NCBI GenBank assembly: GCA_043822925.1
Contig: JBDRBF010000055.1
Location: forward strand, 1-63,876
Length of the DNA stretch: 63,876 nucleotides
Reading direction: 5' to 3'
Origin: a bacterium
Lineage (GTDB): Bacteria; Babelota; Babeliae; Babelales; RVW-14
Shown: positions 28,072 through 37,234 of the stretch, piece after piece
Position numbering within the stretch: the first letter of the stretch is position 1
How the letters are laid out: the number at the start of each line of letters is the position of its first letter
The notes under the pieces: generated by a model
The model's database searches: none
What the model saw: the letters and a program-made list of their open reading frames with translations, nothing else
What the model was told of the DNA's origin: nothing
Translations under genes and position numbers: made by a program

Positions 28072-28818
28072 ATGGGTTTGATAAAACGATTTGATAAGAG
28101 TTTGGTGCGCAAAAAGCGGTTTACGCTGCGTAAAGGCCTTGAGATATTACCACACATTTTTACGTTGGGTAACGGCTTTTTTGGTTTTTTATCAATAGTT
28201 TTTTCATCACAGACAGATTTTATTGGAGCGGCATATTTTATTTTGCTTGGCGCTCTTATGGATTTATTGGACGGCCGAGTTGCTCGGCTTGCAGGCACAA
28301 CCAGTGAGCTTGGTATGCAACTTGATTCACTGTGCGACGCGATATCTTTTTGTGTAGCTCCTGCTTTTTTAGTGTACAGTTGGGAGTTATATAAATTTGG
28401 GTTTATTGGTTTGATGTCTTGTGCTCTGTTTTTTCTTGCAGGGGTGCTCAGACTTGCTCGATTTAATATTACGAGTAATGAGCAAAGTATTTTTTTCTTA
28501 GGTCTACCAACGACGATTGCGGGATGCTTTCTTGCAACGTTACTTTTAAATTTGGGTTACGCTTATCGTGATTTTTGGTCTTTAGTTGTGCTTTCGGTTC
28601 TTATGGTTTTTTTAGGTGTTCTTATGATTAGTACTCTCCGGTTTCCAACGTTTAAGCATATGAAAAGGGGCTGGAGTGCACTTATTATTCTTGGCTTTAT
28701 AGCGGTTGGCATAGTAATGGGATTTACGAATGTTGTATTATTATTTTTTCTTATATATTTTGTTTTTTCTTTTATTCGAAGCTTTTGGTTTTTTTTATAC
28801 GCTAAAGAACCAAGCTAA
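28072..28818 (+). CDS. pssA: CDP-diacylglycerol--serine O-phosphatidyltransferase (CDP-alcohol phosphatidyltransferase family)
   Basis: LGALMDLLDGRVARLAGTTSELGMQLDSLCDAISF (D-G-x2-A-R-x8-G-x3-D-x3-D) and multiple TM helices. Confidence 0.8.
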   Translation: MGLIKRFDKSLVRKKRFTLRKGLEILPHIFTLGNGFFGFLSIVFSSQTDFIGAAYFILLGALMDLLDGRVARLAGTTSELGMQLDSLCDAISFCVAPAFLVYSWELYKFGFIGLMSCALFFLAGVLRLARFNITSNEQSIFFLGLPTTIAGCFLATLLLNLGYAYRDFWSLVVLSVLMVFLGVLMISTLRFPTFKHMKRGWSALIILGFIAVGIVMGFTNVVLLFFLIYFVFSFIRSFWFFLYAKEPS

Positions 28819-28876
28819 AGAATAATATTGATAGTTATATGTGTTTGTTGCTTAAAATTTATTATTGAGGGTTATT

Positions 28877-30538
28877 ATGTTGAATTTCAGGGGTAAGCTA
28901 TTTTTTGCATTAATATTTGCTGGGGCAACTTTTGGATGTATCGCATATGTATTTTATTCTCAAAAGTCTCACGTGTTGAAACTTGAAGAAGAATATGCGT
29001 TATTAAAAAGCAGTATTGATCAGCAATTGCAGGGACAAAAAAAAGAATTTTTAAATGCAAACGCCTCAAAAGCATTTGTTACTCAATCACAATCAATGTG
29101 GCTTGATATTCAAAAAAAAGTTAAAGATACCGTTGTTCAAGTGTTTGCTGATGTCGCAGAGTTTAATTGGATTGAGCCGTATAAAACGCCAAAACAGGGC
29201 GCAAGCCGTGGAAGTGGTTTTTTTATTAATAATAGTGGCGATATTATTACAAATTATCATGTAGTGAGCGAGGCTACTTCTATTCAGATACAGATATCGT
29301 CTTTGGGGCTAGAGCGTTTTGATGCTGAAATTGTTGGTGTTGGTCCGGCGCGTGATATTGCGTTATTGAGATTAACTTCTGAAGATTTGAAAAAAGTAAA
29401 AGAAAAATTGAAAGAGATACCATATCTGGTGCTTGGTGATTCTGATCAGATTATGCGATCTCAAGAAGTGCTTGCTCTTGGCTATCCGCTGGGTCAAAGT
29501 CGTTTAAAAAGTACGTTAGGTATTGTGAGTGGCCGTGAACGGCTTGGTTATTTTGGATATATTCAAGTATCTACTCCATTAAATCCTGGTAACTCTGGTG
29601 GACCAGCTCTTAATACAGAGGGCGAAGTTATTGGTATTAATGCTCAGGGTGTGCCATCGGCTCAAAATGTTGGGTATATTATTCCTATTAACGAAGTAAA
29701 GAGTGCGTTGCAAGATTTACGTAAAGTAAAACTTTTGAGAAAACCGACGCTTGGTTGTATTTTTACGTGGGCAACTCCAGAAATGGTTAAATTTCTTGGT
29801 AACCCAGATGATGGCGGTTGGTATATTGCAAAAGTTTTTGATAATACTTTAATGAAAGATGTTGGCGTTAAAGAAGGTGATATGCTCTATGAATTTAATG
29901 GGCATAAAGTAGATATATATGGTGAGCTTGATGTGCCATGGAGCGAAGACAAAGTTTCTTTGTTTGAATTTTTAAATCGATATAAAGTTGGTGACGTACT
30001 ACAATTTTTAATTTATCGCAAAGGGAAACCGGTAAAATTTAACTTTAAACTTGAAGATAAGTATTTGCCTCCCGTGCGCAATATTTATCCAGAATTTGAA
30101 AAAGAAGCGACAGATTACGAAGTTTTTGGTGGCATGATTCTCATGAATCTGACACTTAATCATGTTGGTATAATGCTTTCAAGCGTTCCGACACTTGTAA
30201 ATTATGGGCGTTCAGAAAAACAGCATGAGCCTGCATTACTTATGACTCATATTTTGCCAAATTCTCAGGCTTTTAAAGCACGTGTTTTGATGCCAGGATC
30301 TATAATCGAAGAAGTAAATGGCGAAAAAGTTAAGTCTCTTGCTGATTTTAGACGCATTGTATTGAGAGATAAAAAAACGGGCCATGTGACTGTTAAAACT
30401 GACGAGCAACTCTATGCTGTGTTATCTCTTGAGAAAATATTAAAAGACGAAGAAGTCTTACCTGCACGATATTTTTATGAGAAATCAAAGTTGGTAGAAC
30501 AGTTGTCTGATGCTAAAAAAGAAGTAAAAGAAAAATAA
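28877..30538 (+). CDS. HtrA/DegP-like trypsin-fold serine protease with C-terminal PDZ-like regions
   Basis: N-terminal TM/signal, GSGFFINNSGDIITNYHVV (His), DIALLRL (Asp), GNSGGPALN (Ser). ATG at 28877; the ORF track begins at an upstream TTG (28865). Confidence 0.8.
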   Translation: MLNFRGKLFFALIFAGATFGCIAYVFYSQKSHVLKLEEEYALLKSSIDQQLQGQKKEFLNANASKAFVTQSQSMWLDIQKKVKDTVVQVFADVAEFNWIEPYKTPKQGASRGSGFFINNSGDIITNYHVVSEATSIQIQISSLGLERFDAEIVGVGPARDIALLRLTSEDLKKVKEKLKEIPYLVLGDSDQIMRSQEVLALGYPLGQSRLKSTLGIVSGRERLGYFGYIQVSTPLNPGNSGGPALNTEGEVIGINAQGVPSAQNVGYIIPINEVKSALQDLRKVKLLRKPTLGCIFTWATPEMVKFLGNPDDGGWYIAKVFDNTLMKDVGVKEGDMLYEFNGHKVDIYGELDVPWSEDKVSLFEFLNRYKVGDVLQFLIYRKGKPVKFNFKLEDKYLPPVRNIYPEFEKEATDYEVFGGMILMNLTLNHVGIMLSSVPTLVNYGRSEKQHEPALLMTHILPNSQAFKARVLMPGSIIEEVNGEKVKSLADFRRIVLRDKKTGHVTVKTDEQLYAVLSLEKILKDEEVLPARYFYEKSKLVEQLSDAKKEVKEK

Positions 30539-30546
30539 GTAAGAGC

Positions 30547-31287
30547 ATGAAAGAAAAAAAAAGGCTTGATGTGCTGGTACTTGAACGGCATCCGCATCTT
30601 ACACGTAATCAGGTGCAAAGTTTTATCATGCAGGGACTTGTATTTGTTGATGGTAAAATTGCAGATAAATCAGGCAAATTAATCGATGTTACGTGCGAAA
30701 TTACGTTGACGATTGATCAGCCAAAATTTGTAAGTAGAGCTGGGGTAAAGCTCGAAGCGGCTCTTGAAAACTTTAAGATAGACGTTAAAGATTTTGTCGT
30801 GCTGGATGCAGGTATTTCTACCGGTGGATTTACTGATTGCTTGTTGCAACGTGGTGCCAAAAAAGTATATGGGGTTGATGTTGGCAAGGGACAGGTGCAT
30901 GAGAAAGTACAGGCAGACCAACGATTAGTGCTGCTTGAAGAAACGAATTTGCGTTATTTGGAGAAACTACCTGAATTGGTTGATCTTATTACGCTTGATC
31001 TCTCGTTTATATCGGTGCTTAAAGTTATGCCTGCTGTAAGTAAATTATTAAAGCAGGCAGGCAAAATAATTATACTTATTAAGCCTCAGTTTGAAGCTGA
31101 CCGGAAAGATATAGGATCTGGAGGTTTAGTTAAAGGTGATGCAGTGCATGAGAAAGTGATTAAAAAGGTGCAAATGGGAATGCTTGAGTTTGGTTTTAAG
31201 ATGGTTGGGGTGATTGATTCACCAATAACGGGAGCCGCTTCAGGTAATAAAGAATTTTTGGCATTATTTGAGAAAACAAGTGTTTAA
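30547..31287 (+). CDS. tlyA: TlyA-family rRNA 2'-O-methyltransferase
   Basis: N-terminal S4-like RLDVLVLERH...TRNQVQSFI, then VLDAGISTGGFTDCLLQRGAKKVYGVDVG. Confidence 0.85.
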   Translation: MKEKKRLDVLVLERHPHLTRNQVQSFIMQGLVFVDGKIADKSGKLIDVTCEITLTIDQPKFVSRAGVKLEAALENFKIDVKDFVVLDAGISTGGFTDCLLQRGAKKVYGVDVGKGQVHEKVQADQRLVLLEETNLRYLEKLPELVDLITLDLSFISVLKVMPAVSKLLKQAGKIIILIKPQFEADRKDIGSGGLVKGDAVHEKVIKKVQMGMLEFGFKMVGVIDSPITGAASGNKEFLALFEKTSV

Positions 31288-31366
31288 TATGCGTGAAATT
31301 TGGATTTAATCTGTTTTTTAGGTACAATTTAGTAAATTTTAATAGTAGTTTACGATATAAAAGGCT

Positions 31367-32254
31367 ATGGGGTCATCGATGAAAATTTTGACAAGTATTC
31401 TTACCGGCAGTTTTGGATCTTATAATAAACTTAAAGATCATGATAAAGCGCCAAATATTCAGGGATTAATGGAATATGCGAATAAGTGTTTTAACAATGG
31501 GCGCGTAAAAGATGCGATTAAAGAGTATCATGAAGCGCTTAGAGCATATGAATGTGTTGAGTTATATAATAATTTGGCACTTATTTATCATGCAGAAAAG
31601 AAACTTGATAAAGCGCAGCAGATGTTTGAAAAAGCCCTTGTTGTAGATGCTCGTGATTTACTTGTTAAATATAACTTGGGCCACTTTTTCTATTTAAATA
31701 ATAAAATTGCTGAAGCTATGGAACAATTTAGTGGTATTACAGAGTGGGCTGAAGGTAAAACAGATTTAACTGAAGAAGATAAAATTTGGGTAGCATTTGC
31801 GTATAACGATTTGGGATGTGCTTGGTACCGAAAAGAAGATAAAGAAAAAGCGATTGAGAATTTTAAAAAATCGTTAGAAATGGAAAAAACATTTTTGAGC
31901 GCGCAAAATAACTTGGCTAACGTTTATAGCTCTCAAGAAAAATATGATGAAGCTCTTGCTGAATATAATAAAATAATCGAATTAGATAACGCTTTTGCTG
32001 AAGCTTATAATGGCATGGGCGCTATCTATTTCAAGAGAGATGAAATCAAAAAAGCTGCTGAATTATTTCAAAAAGCTTATCAGATAGATAATCACTGTCA
32101 GGTGGCGTACATGAACTTGCAAACATTGTTTAAACTTGCTCAGCAACAGGCGTTATACTCGGTAAAAGAAGAAGCTCAGAAAAAAATGGCACAAGAAGTT
32201 GCTGCACGGACACTAGAAGAACCTGGTCAGTTGTCTGACACAGACGTGAAATAA
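31367..32254 (+). CDS. tetratricopeptide repeat protein
   Basis: Serial 34-aa TPR-like units (AIKEYHEALRAYE, AQQMFEKALVVD, AIENFKKSLEME, ALAEYNKIIELDNAFAEAYNGMGAIY, AAELFQKAYQID). Confidence 0.75.
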   Translation: MGSSMKILTSILTGSFGSYNKLKDHDKAPNIQGLMEYANKCFNNGRVKDAIKEYHEALRAYECVELYNNLALIYHAEKKLDKAQQMFEKALVVDARDLLVKYNLGHFFYLNNKIAEAMEQFSGITEWAEGKTDLTEEDKIWVAFAYNDLGCAWYRKEDKEKAIENFKKSLEMEKTFLSAQNNLANVYSSQEKYDEALAEYNKIIELDNAFAEAYNGMGAIYFKRDEIKKAAELFQKAYQIDNHCQVAYMNLQTLFKLAQQQALYSVKEEAQKKMAQEVAARTLEEPGQLSDTDVK

Positions 32255-32302
32255 GATCTGGGTTTGTCGCGTGATAAAATGCGTTAAATTATGTTAAATG
32301 CA

Positions 32303-32336
32303 AAAAAGCCTCGACTTGAAAAAGTCGGGGCTTTTT
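32303..32336 (+). terminator. rho-independent terminator after the TPR gene
   Basis: aaaagcctcgactt-gaaa-aagtcggggctttt stem-loop followed by T-rich tail. Confidence 0.6.
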
Positions 32337-32403
32337 AACATGAGCAGTAGCATACGTTGTAGCGTAAAAAAAGTTTTTTTATGTTAAAAATAGAAAGCGC
32401 ACT

Positions 32404-32997
32404 ATGGGCAAAGTTTGTTATATAAAAAGTTTATGTTTTATGATTTGTTTTTGTTTGCTTTGTCCCTTTGTTGATCTTCACGCTATGAAAAGAAAGAGAG
32501 AAGAAGTTGAAGAAGAATTTGGTGAATTTACAGGCAACAAGCGAAGGAAAATGTTTGATCTGGATAATTATAATGGCGAAATAGCAGACGAGTATCTTAT
32601 TATTGTGGCGAGAGATTATTGCGATTTTTTGCCGAAGCTATTGATGAATAGTTCTTTTTTGTATGATGTTTCTGGGGACGGTGCATATGAGGCTCTATCT
32701 ATTGCTTTAAACGATTCTAGATTAGATAATGTTTTAACTGAAATGCTTAATAATATTTCTTTTAGGTCAAAAATTACGGTCTTTGCGTATAGCCTTTTGA
32801 TTCAAGCTATAGAAAAACGAGTTTCGATAATAGTTCTCTCTCAAATTTTAAAGGCATTTGCTTACACAAGAGATGAGTTGCAAGAAGCATATAAACAAGC
32901 TACGAGTAAAATAATACAGACGATTCTTTTAGGTGAAATTGTGGATAGTAAAGATTTTGGGACTGAATGCAATACAAATAGGATGGAAGATGAGTGA
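32404..32997 (+). CDS. secreted hypothetical protein with bipartite NLS-like basic motif
   Basis: Hydrophobic N-terminus (SLCFMICFCLLCPFVDLHA), then KRKREEVEEEFGEFTGNKRRK. No family recognised. Confidence 0.5.
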   Translation: MGKVCYIKSLCFMICFCLLCPFVDLHAMKRKREEVEEEFGEFTGNKRRKMFDLDNYNGEIADEYLIIVARDYCDFLPKLLMNSSFLYDVSGDGAYEALSIALNDSRLDNVLTEMLNNISFRSKITVFAYSLLIQAIEKRVSIIVLSQILKAFAYTRDELQEAYKQATSKIIQTILLGEIVDSKDFGTECNTNRMEDE

Positions 32998-33025
32998 TGC
33001 GTAGTAAATAGCATTTAGTGTTGGT

Positions 33026-35557
33026 TTACTTTGTACTCAAGAAGCTTGAAAGAATTTGTTTTTTGCCAATCTTGAATATCGCCGTTATATAGTATTCGTC
33101 TTTTTTGTCTGGTATATTTGCCGGTTCTATATCTGTGATTACACCTAACCCAAATTTTTTGTGAAACACGCTTTGGTTTTTTTGCCAGATGCCAAAATCT
33201 TGGCCACTTTGAGCACGATCAAGCGCTTGTAGGTTATTCTTTTCTTCTACTTGATTTTTACGCGCGTGAGCTTCTTTTAACCTGTTTTTAAGTATTTCTT
33301 TGGGCGTCGTTGACGTTGTTGCTTTTAGTCGGGAGCTTTTTGAGATTGTTTGTGTGTTTTTAAATTCAGTTTTATGGGAACTGCGTTTTCCTGCAGGGGC
33401 CCAACTTGAGAGTCCGGTTGTTTTGGTTGCGGGGGTTGTTGTTTTGTTAAAATTAAACGTTATGAGATCGCTTTTGAGCGGTTCTAGTCCGAGCCACTGA
33501 CGGAGTGTGCTGCGTGTATTTTGAGTGTCTCGTTGTTCTGCGTCAAAAGTTCTTATGTGTTTGGTGTCTATCTCTGAGAGAAAGCGTGAGGATACTTGGT
33601 CTGTTATTTGGCCAAAAGTACTGCGATATGAGGCATGCGTAAGGGCTAAGTATTCTTTTGCTCGTGTTATGCCAACGTAAAATAGGCGACGTTCTTCTTC
33701 GAGCTCGTCGTTTGTTGTGAGCGACTTGCTGCTTGGCAGTAAGCCTTCTTCGAGTCCTGCTATAATAACGACGTCAAATTCTAGGCCTTTAGCTGCATGT
33801 AGCGTCATGAGCTGGACATGATCTTCTGTTGTTTCTTCTTTTATTTTTTCTTGTAACAATGCTATTTCGTATAAGAAGTTTTCGAGTGATATGTCTGTAC
33901 TTTTTTTGCTGTGAGAATTTGTCGTGTTAGCTGTATCGTAAAATTCTTGGGCGCTTGGTGCTGGTGTAAATTCATACATGTTTATTGAACGTACAAATTC
34001 TTGTACGTTCTCTATTTTTGTTTCTGCATCTTTGGGGTCAAAAGCGTTTCTCAGATATGCTAAATAATCTGTTTTTTTAAGAATAATGTCCATTAATTGA
34101 GATGGGGACGTTTTTGGATTGATATTATCGTAAATAGATAAGAAGTTTTTGAGCGCTTCGCGTTTTTTAGTCGGTATATCATGTATTTCTGGCGTATTAA
34201 GCATGTTTGTAAGGAGCTCTTTAAAGTCAAAAAATGGGTTTTGGATCCATTCTTGCATGAGTTGCTGCTCAAATTTATCGCCCAGGCCACGTAGTGGTAC
34301 ATTAATTATGCGTGTTAAGCTTATTTTATCAAATGGGTTTACGATTAGGCGTAAGTACGCGAGTAAATCTTTTATTTCTTGGCGTTCATAAAATCTTATA
34401 CCGCCAACGATGCGATAGGGAAGCGCGTGATATATGAGTGATTCTTCAAGTATTCTGGACTGAAAATGTGTTCTGTATAAAATCGCGACGTCTTTTACTT
34501 TTTTTGTTTCAGGTAGTGTTTTGATTAGGTTTGAAATAATATCTGCTTCTTGTTCACCGGAGCGACAGGCGATTGATAGTATTCTGTCTTGTGCTTTTCG
34601 CTCAGACCAGAGGTTTTTTGGATTTCTGAGCTTATTGTGTTCGATTAAACTATTTGCAGCCTCAAGAATAGGGGTTACAGATCGATAATTTTGTTCAATT
34701 TTTATACTGGTAACAGGAGCGAAGTCTTTTTTAAACGTGAGCATATTTGTGACTGTTGCACCGCGCCATGAATAAATAGATTGGTCTTCGTCTCCGACGA
34801 TACATAAAGATGTTGCGGTTACTTTGTTATTTTCGTTTAGTGCCATGTGTTTGAGTAAATCGTGCTGTGAATGGCTTGTATCTTGGTATTCGTCGACTAG
34901 AATATGTTTAATATTTTGCTGGAATCTTTGTTTAAATTCTTTTTCTGATTTAAACATCTGTAAAACTTGCAAAATAAGATCGTCAAAATCAAAACAGTGG
35001 GCGGCAGCTTTTTCAGATTCGTATGCGAGATAGATTTCTTTGACGATTGGATGTCCAAACATGTTATCGTTGGGGTCAGCGTGTAGGCCGTTTTTTATGT
35101 TTGATATTTGATAATTTAATTGGTGGGGCGTTGAATATTTTTCAAGCGCGTTTGTTTTGATGATTTTGCGCAATAAGCTTAATTTGTCGTCTGTATCCAT
35201 AATAGAAAATTGTGGGTATGGGAGTAAGTTTGGGTTTGAGCGCATAAGAAAAAGACAATAAGAATGAAATGTGCCAACAAACGGTAAGTTATATCGAGCT
35301 CCTAAGAATTTAATAATACGTTGCTTCATTTCGTTTGCTGCTTTGTTTGTAAACGTGAGTGCAACAATAGAACTGGGGTCTTGTTCTTCTTCGAGTATTA
35401 AATTTGTGATACGTGACGTAATAACGCGTGTTTTTCCTGAGCCAGCACCAGCAACAACAAGTAGTGCGCCTTCTTTTTGAGCGACAGCTTTTAATTGTGG
35501 TGGGTTCAGGTTATTTTTTAAAAAATTTTGAAATTCTGTTTTAAGAAGATTTGTCAT
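33026..35557 (-). CDS. uvrD: UvrD/PcrA/Rep-family ATP-dependent DNA helicase
   Basis: LLVVAGAGSGKTRV, ILVDEYQDTS, VGDEDQSIYSWRGA, TLHAAKGLEFDVV, YVGITRAK, C-terminal Tudor-like FHKKFGLGVI. The ATG at 35557 avoids overlap with the upstream gene; the ORF track starts at 35590. Confidence 0.85.
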   Translation of the reverse strand: MTNLLKTEFQNFLKNNLNPPQLKAVAQKEGALLVVAGAGSGKTRVITSRITNLILEEEQDPSSIVALTFTNKAANEMKQRIIKFLGARYNLPFVGTFHSYCLFLMRSNPNLLPYPQFSIMDTDDKLSLLRKIIKTNALEKYSTPHQLNYQISNIKNGLHADPNDNMFGHPIVKEIYLAYESEKAAAHCFDFDDLILQVLQMFKSEKEFKQRFQQNIKHILVDEYQDTSHSQHDLLKHMALNENNKVTATSLCIVGDEDQSIYSWRGATVTNMLTFKKDFAPVTSIKIEQNYRSVTPILEAANSLIEHNKLRNPKNLWSERKAQDRILSIACRSGEQEADIISNLIKTLPETKKVKDVAILYRTHFQSRILEESLIYHALPYRIVGGIRFYERQEIKDLLAYLRLIVNPFDKISLTRIINVPLRGLGDKFEQQLMQEWIQNPFFDFKELLTNMLNTPEIHDIPTKKREALKNFLSIYDNINPKTSPSQLMDIILKKTDYLAYLRNAFDPKDAETKIENVQEFVRSINMYEFTPAPSAQEFYDTANTTNSHSKKSTDISLENFLYEIALLQEKIKEETTEDHVQLMTLHAAKGLEFDVVIIAGLEEGLLPSSKSLTTNDELEEERRLFYVGITRAKEYLALTHASYRSTFGQITDQVSSRFLSEIDTKHIRTFDAEQRDTQNTRSTLRQWLGLEPLKSDLITFNFNKTTTPATKTTGLSSWAPAGKRSSHKTEFKNTQTISKSSRLKATTSTTPKEILKNRLKEAHARKNQVEEKNNLQALDRAQSGQDFGIWQKNQSVFHKKFGLGVITDIEPANIPDKKDEYYITAIFKIGKKQILSSFLSTK

Positions 35558-35564
35558 ATTGTGC

Positions 35565-36863
35565 CTATTTAATAATTTGCCCTGATTCAATAAGTTTTTT
35601 ATTTGTTTTGCCTACATAAAATGCTGCTGCTATCCAGATACCAATAACGCCGAATGAGACCAGCGAGCCGTACATGATCAAGTCTGTAAACTGTGTGAAA
35701 CACATGTTAATCCCTGATCCTATAGCTTTGGTGGTGCGCAGTCCAAACATGTCTATCCAACTTTTTGTTTTAAATTTGACGTCTCTGCTTGTTGGTATAT
35801 ACATAATTTCTTTGCTTGGATTATTTAATGCGTAACTGAGGGCTTTGATGATAACAACACTTGCGAATAAAATCCATATTGTTGGAAAAACTAACACGTT
35901 ACAGACAGCTAATGCGGTGACGATAGGAAAAAGAACTAAGCAAAAAGTTAAACCAAGTTGGCGTATTAAGAATCCAGTACCAAAAACAGCGAATACGAGC
36001 GACAGGCTATTTGTGGTGAGTCCTAAATAACCAATAAAAGAGGTGATTTTTTCAGCGCTGTGGTAGGTAATATCTGCCAGAAAGTCGAGTTGATATTCTA
36101 AAATAGAGGCAATAATATCAAATAACGTTGCAACACCAAGAATGCCGAGTAAATATTTATGAGAAAAAAGAAGTTTAATGCCTTCTAGTGGTCCTGTTTT
36201 TTCTTCATCAGGAATATGAGCTTCAGCTGTTGCGGGATATAGTGTAATAAAAATTTTTATAAGTATTGGAATGAGCATAACACTTATTGCTATGGCGAGT
36301 GTTAGTGTTGGGATTCCAAATAATGGCGCGTGTATGGCAATAGAAGGGCCGCAAATTGCGCCGATTTGAGCTCCTGCGAGTATTAGGGGGTATCCGCGCT
36401 TTGCAGATGAAACGTCTGTTGAGCTGACAACGAAAGACCAAAAGAGTGTGACAAGTAATGAGCCAAAAGTTTCAATGGCGACATATAAAATCCAGCCGAT
36501 TATACGTTTTGGGCTTGGGTTTGTATTGGCTAGACCTATTGTGTTATGGGTTAATAATAGTGAAATAACTAAAAAAATTAGGCTATAACAGGAACAGATA
36601 ATATAAAAAAGTTTTTGTTTTTCGACTAAATCGACTAACTTTGAGTAAATAAGAATGAGGGGGAAGATAACCAGAAAACTTGCTATTTTTGCATAGGGTA
36701 AATAGAGTCTGCCGACGGTTTTCATGAAGACGGCATCTTTGAGTGGCTTCATTAGCCAGTATGAACCTAAAATAATAAAGAGCGTTGCAGCGAGCATGCC
36801 AAATTCTAAAAGCTCTTTTTTCGTCAGATTTCCCCAGAGGGCGATACGAATTTTTTTGAACAT
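35565..36863 (-). CDS. tlc: ATP/ADP translocase-type nucleotide transporter (NTT/Tlc family), paralog 1
   Basis: Polytopic membrane protein. YWLMKPLKD, LFWSFV...SAKRGYPLI and NNPSKEIMYIPTSRDVKFKTKSWIDMFGLRTTK are typical of Tlc-type antiporters. Confidence 0.8.
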   Translation of the reverse strand: MFKKIRIALWGNLTKKELLEFGMLAATLFIILGSYWLMKPLKDAVFMKTVGRLYLPYAKIASFLVIFPLILIYSKLVDLVEKQKLFYIICSCYSLIFLVISLLLTHNTIGLANTNPSPKRIIGWILYVAIETFGSLLVTLFWSFVVSSTDVSSAKRGYPLILAGAQIGAICGPSIAIHAPLFGIPTLTLAIAISVMLIPILIKIFITLYPATAEAHIPDEEKTGPLEGIKLLFSHKYLLGILGVATLFDIIASILEYQLDFLADITYHSAEKITSFIGYLGLTTNSLSLVFAVFGTGFLIRQLGLTFCLVLFPIVTALAVCNVLVFPTIWILFASVVIIKALSYALNNPSKEIMYIPTSRDVKFKTKSWIDMFGLRTTKAIGSGINMCFTQFTDLIMYGSLVSFGVIGIWIAAAFYVGKTNKKLIESGQIIK

Positions 36864-36905
36864 ACTAACTCCCCTTTTTTGTCATACGTTTTAATTTTTA
36901 TTTTT

Positions 36906-36961
36906 GTCATCCTGCCTGCTCACCGAAGCTTCACGCGAAGGTCGGGAACTTGTTTCAGGAT
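36906..36961. repeat. family-A palindromic repeat upstream of tlc paralog 1
   Basis: gtcatcctgcctgctcaccgaagcttcacgcgaaggtcgggaacttgtttcaggat, with terminal arms atcctg/caggat. It shares the TGCCTGCyC..CGAAGC core. Confidence 0.65.
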
Positions 36962-37018
36962 TTAGTCAAAACGTATTTTCTAACGTGATGATTGTAACGT
37001 TTTTGCTGTTAAAAGCCA

Positions 37019-37059
37019 GGTAAAAATAAAAAACGGGCTCTGGTAAAAAATAAAAAACG
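37019..37059. repeat. two A-tract direct repeats
   Basis: ggtaaaaataaaaaacg (37019-37035) and ggtaaaaaataaaaaacg (37042-37059), immediately upstream of the iteron array. Confidence 0.7.
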
Positions 37060-37072
37060 TTGCGCCAGGCTA

Positions 37073-37182
37073 ATTCGATATTGATAGCTGGCGAATTCGA
37101 TATAGAGGGCTGACATATTCGACATTGAGTATAGACAAATTCGATATGTAATGTTAGCATTTTCGATATGTATATCGAAAAT
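37073..37182 (+). promoter_or_regulatory. array of five 22-bp iterons with conserved ATTCGAYAT head
   Basis: Heads at 37073, 37095, 37117, 37139 and 37161 (attcgatat, attcgatat, attcgacat, attcgatat, tttcgatat), spaced exactly 22 bp. The last unit is part of the palindrome ttttcgatatgtatatcgaaaa. The array ends 52 bp before the ATG at 37235. Confidence 0.8.
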
Positions 37183-37234
37183 GTCAGGTAATTTGTGCGA
37201 TTGAGAGCTAGGGTATAACGTTTGATGGGATGTT

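Noticed and set aside
37073-37182. The 22-bp repeat array as a CRISPR array or as a DnaA-box oriC.
   Set aside because: The units are contiguous, with only a 9-nt conserved head and no repeat-spacer alternation of CRISPR dimensions. No cas genes are present. I saw no TTATCCACA-type DnaA boxes, and no dnaA or dnaN nearby, so a chromosomal oriC call is unsupported.
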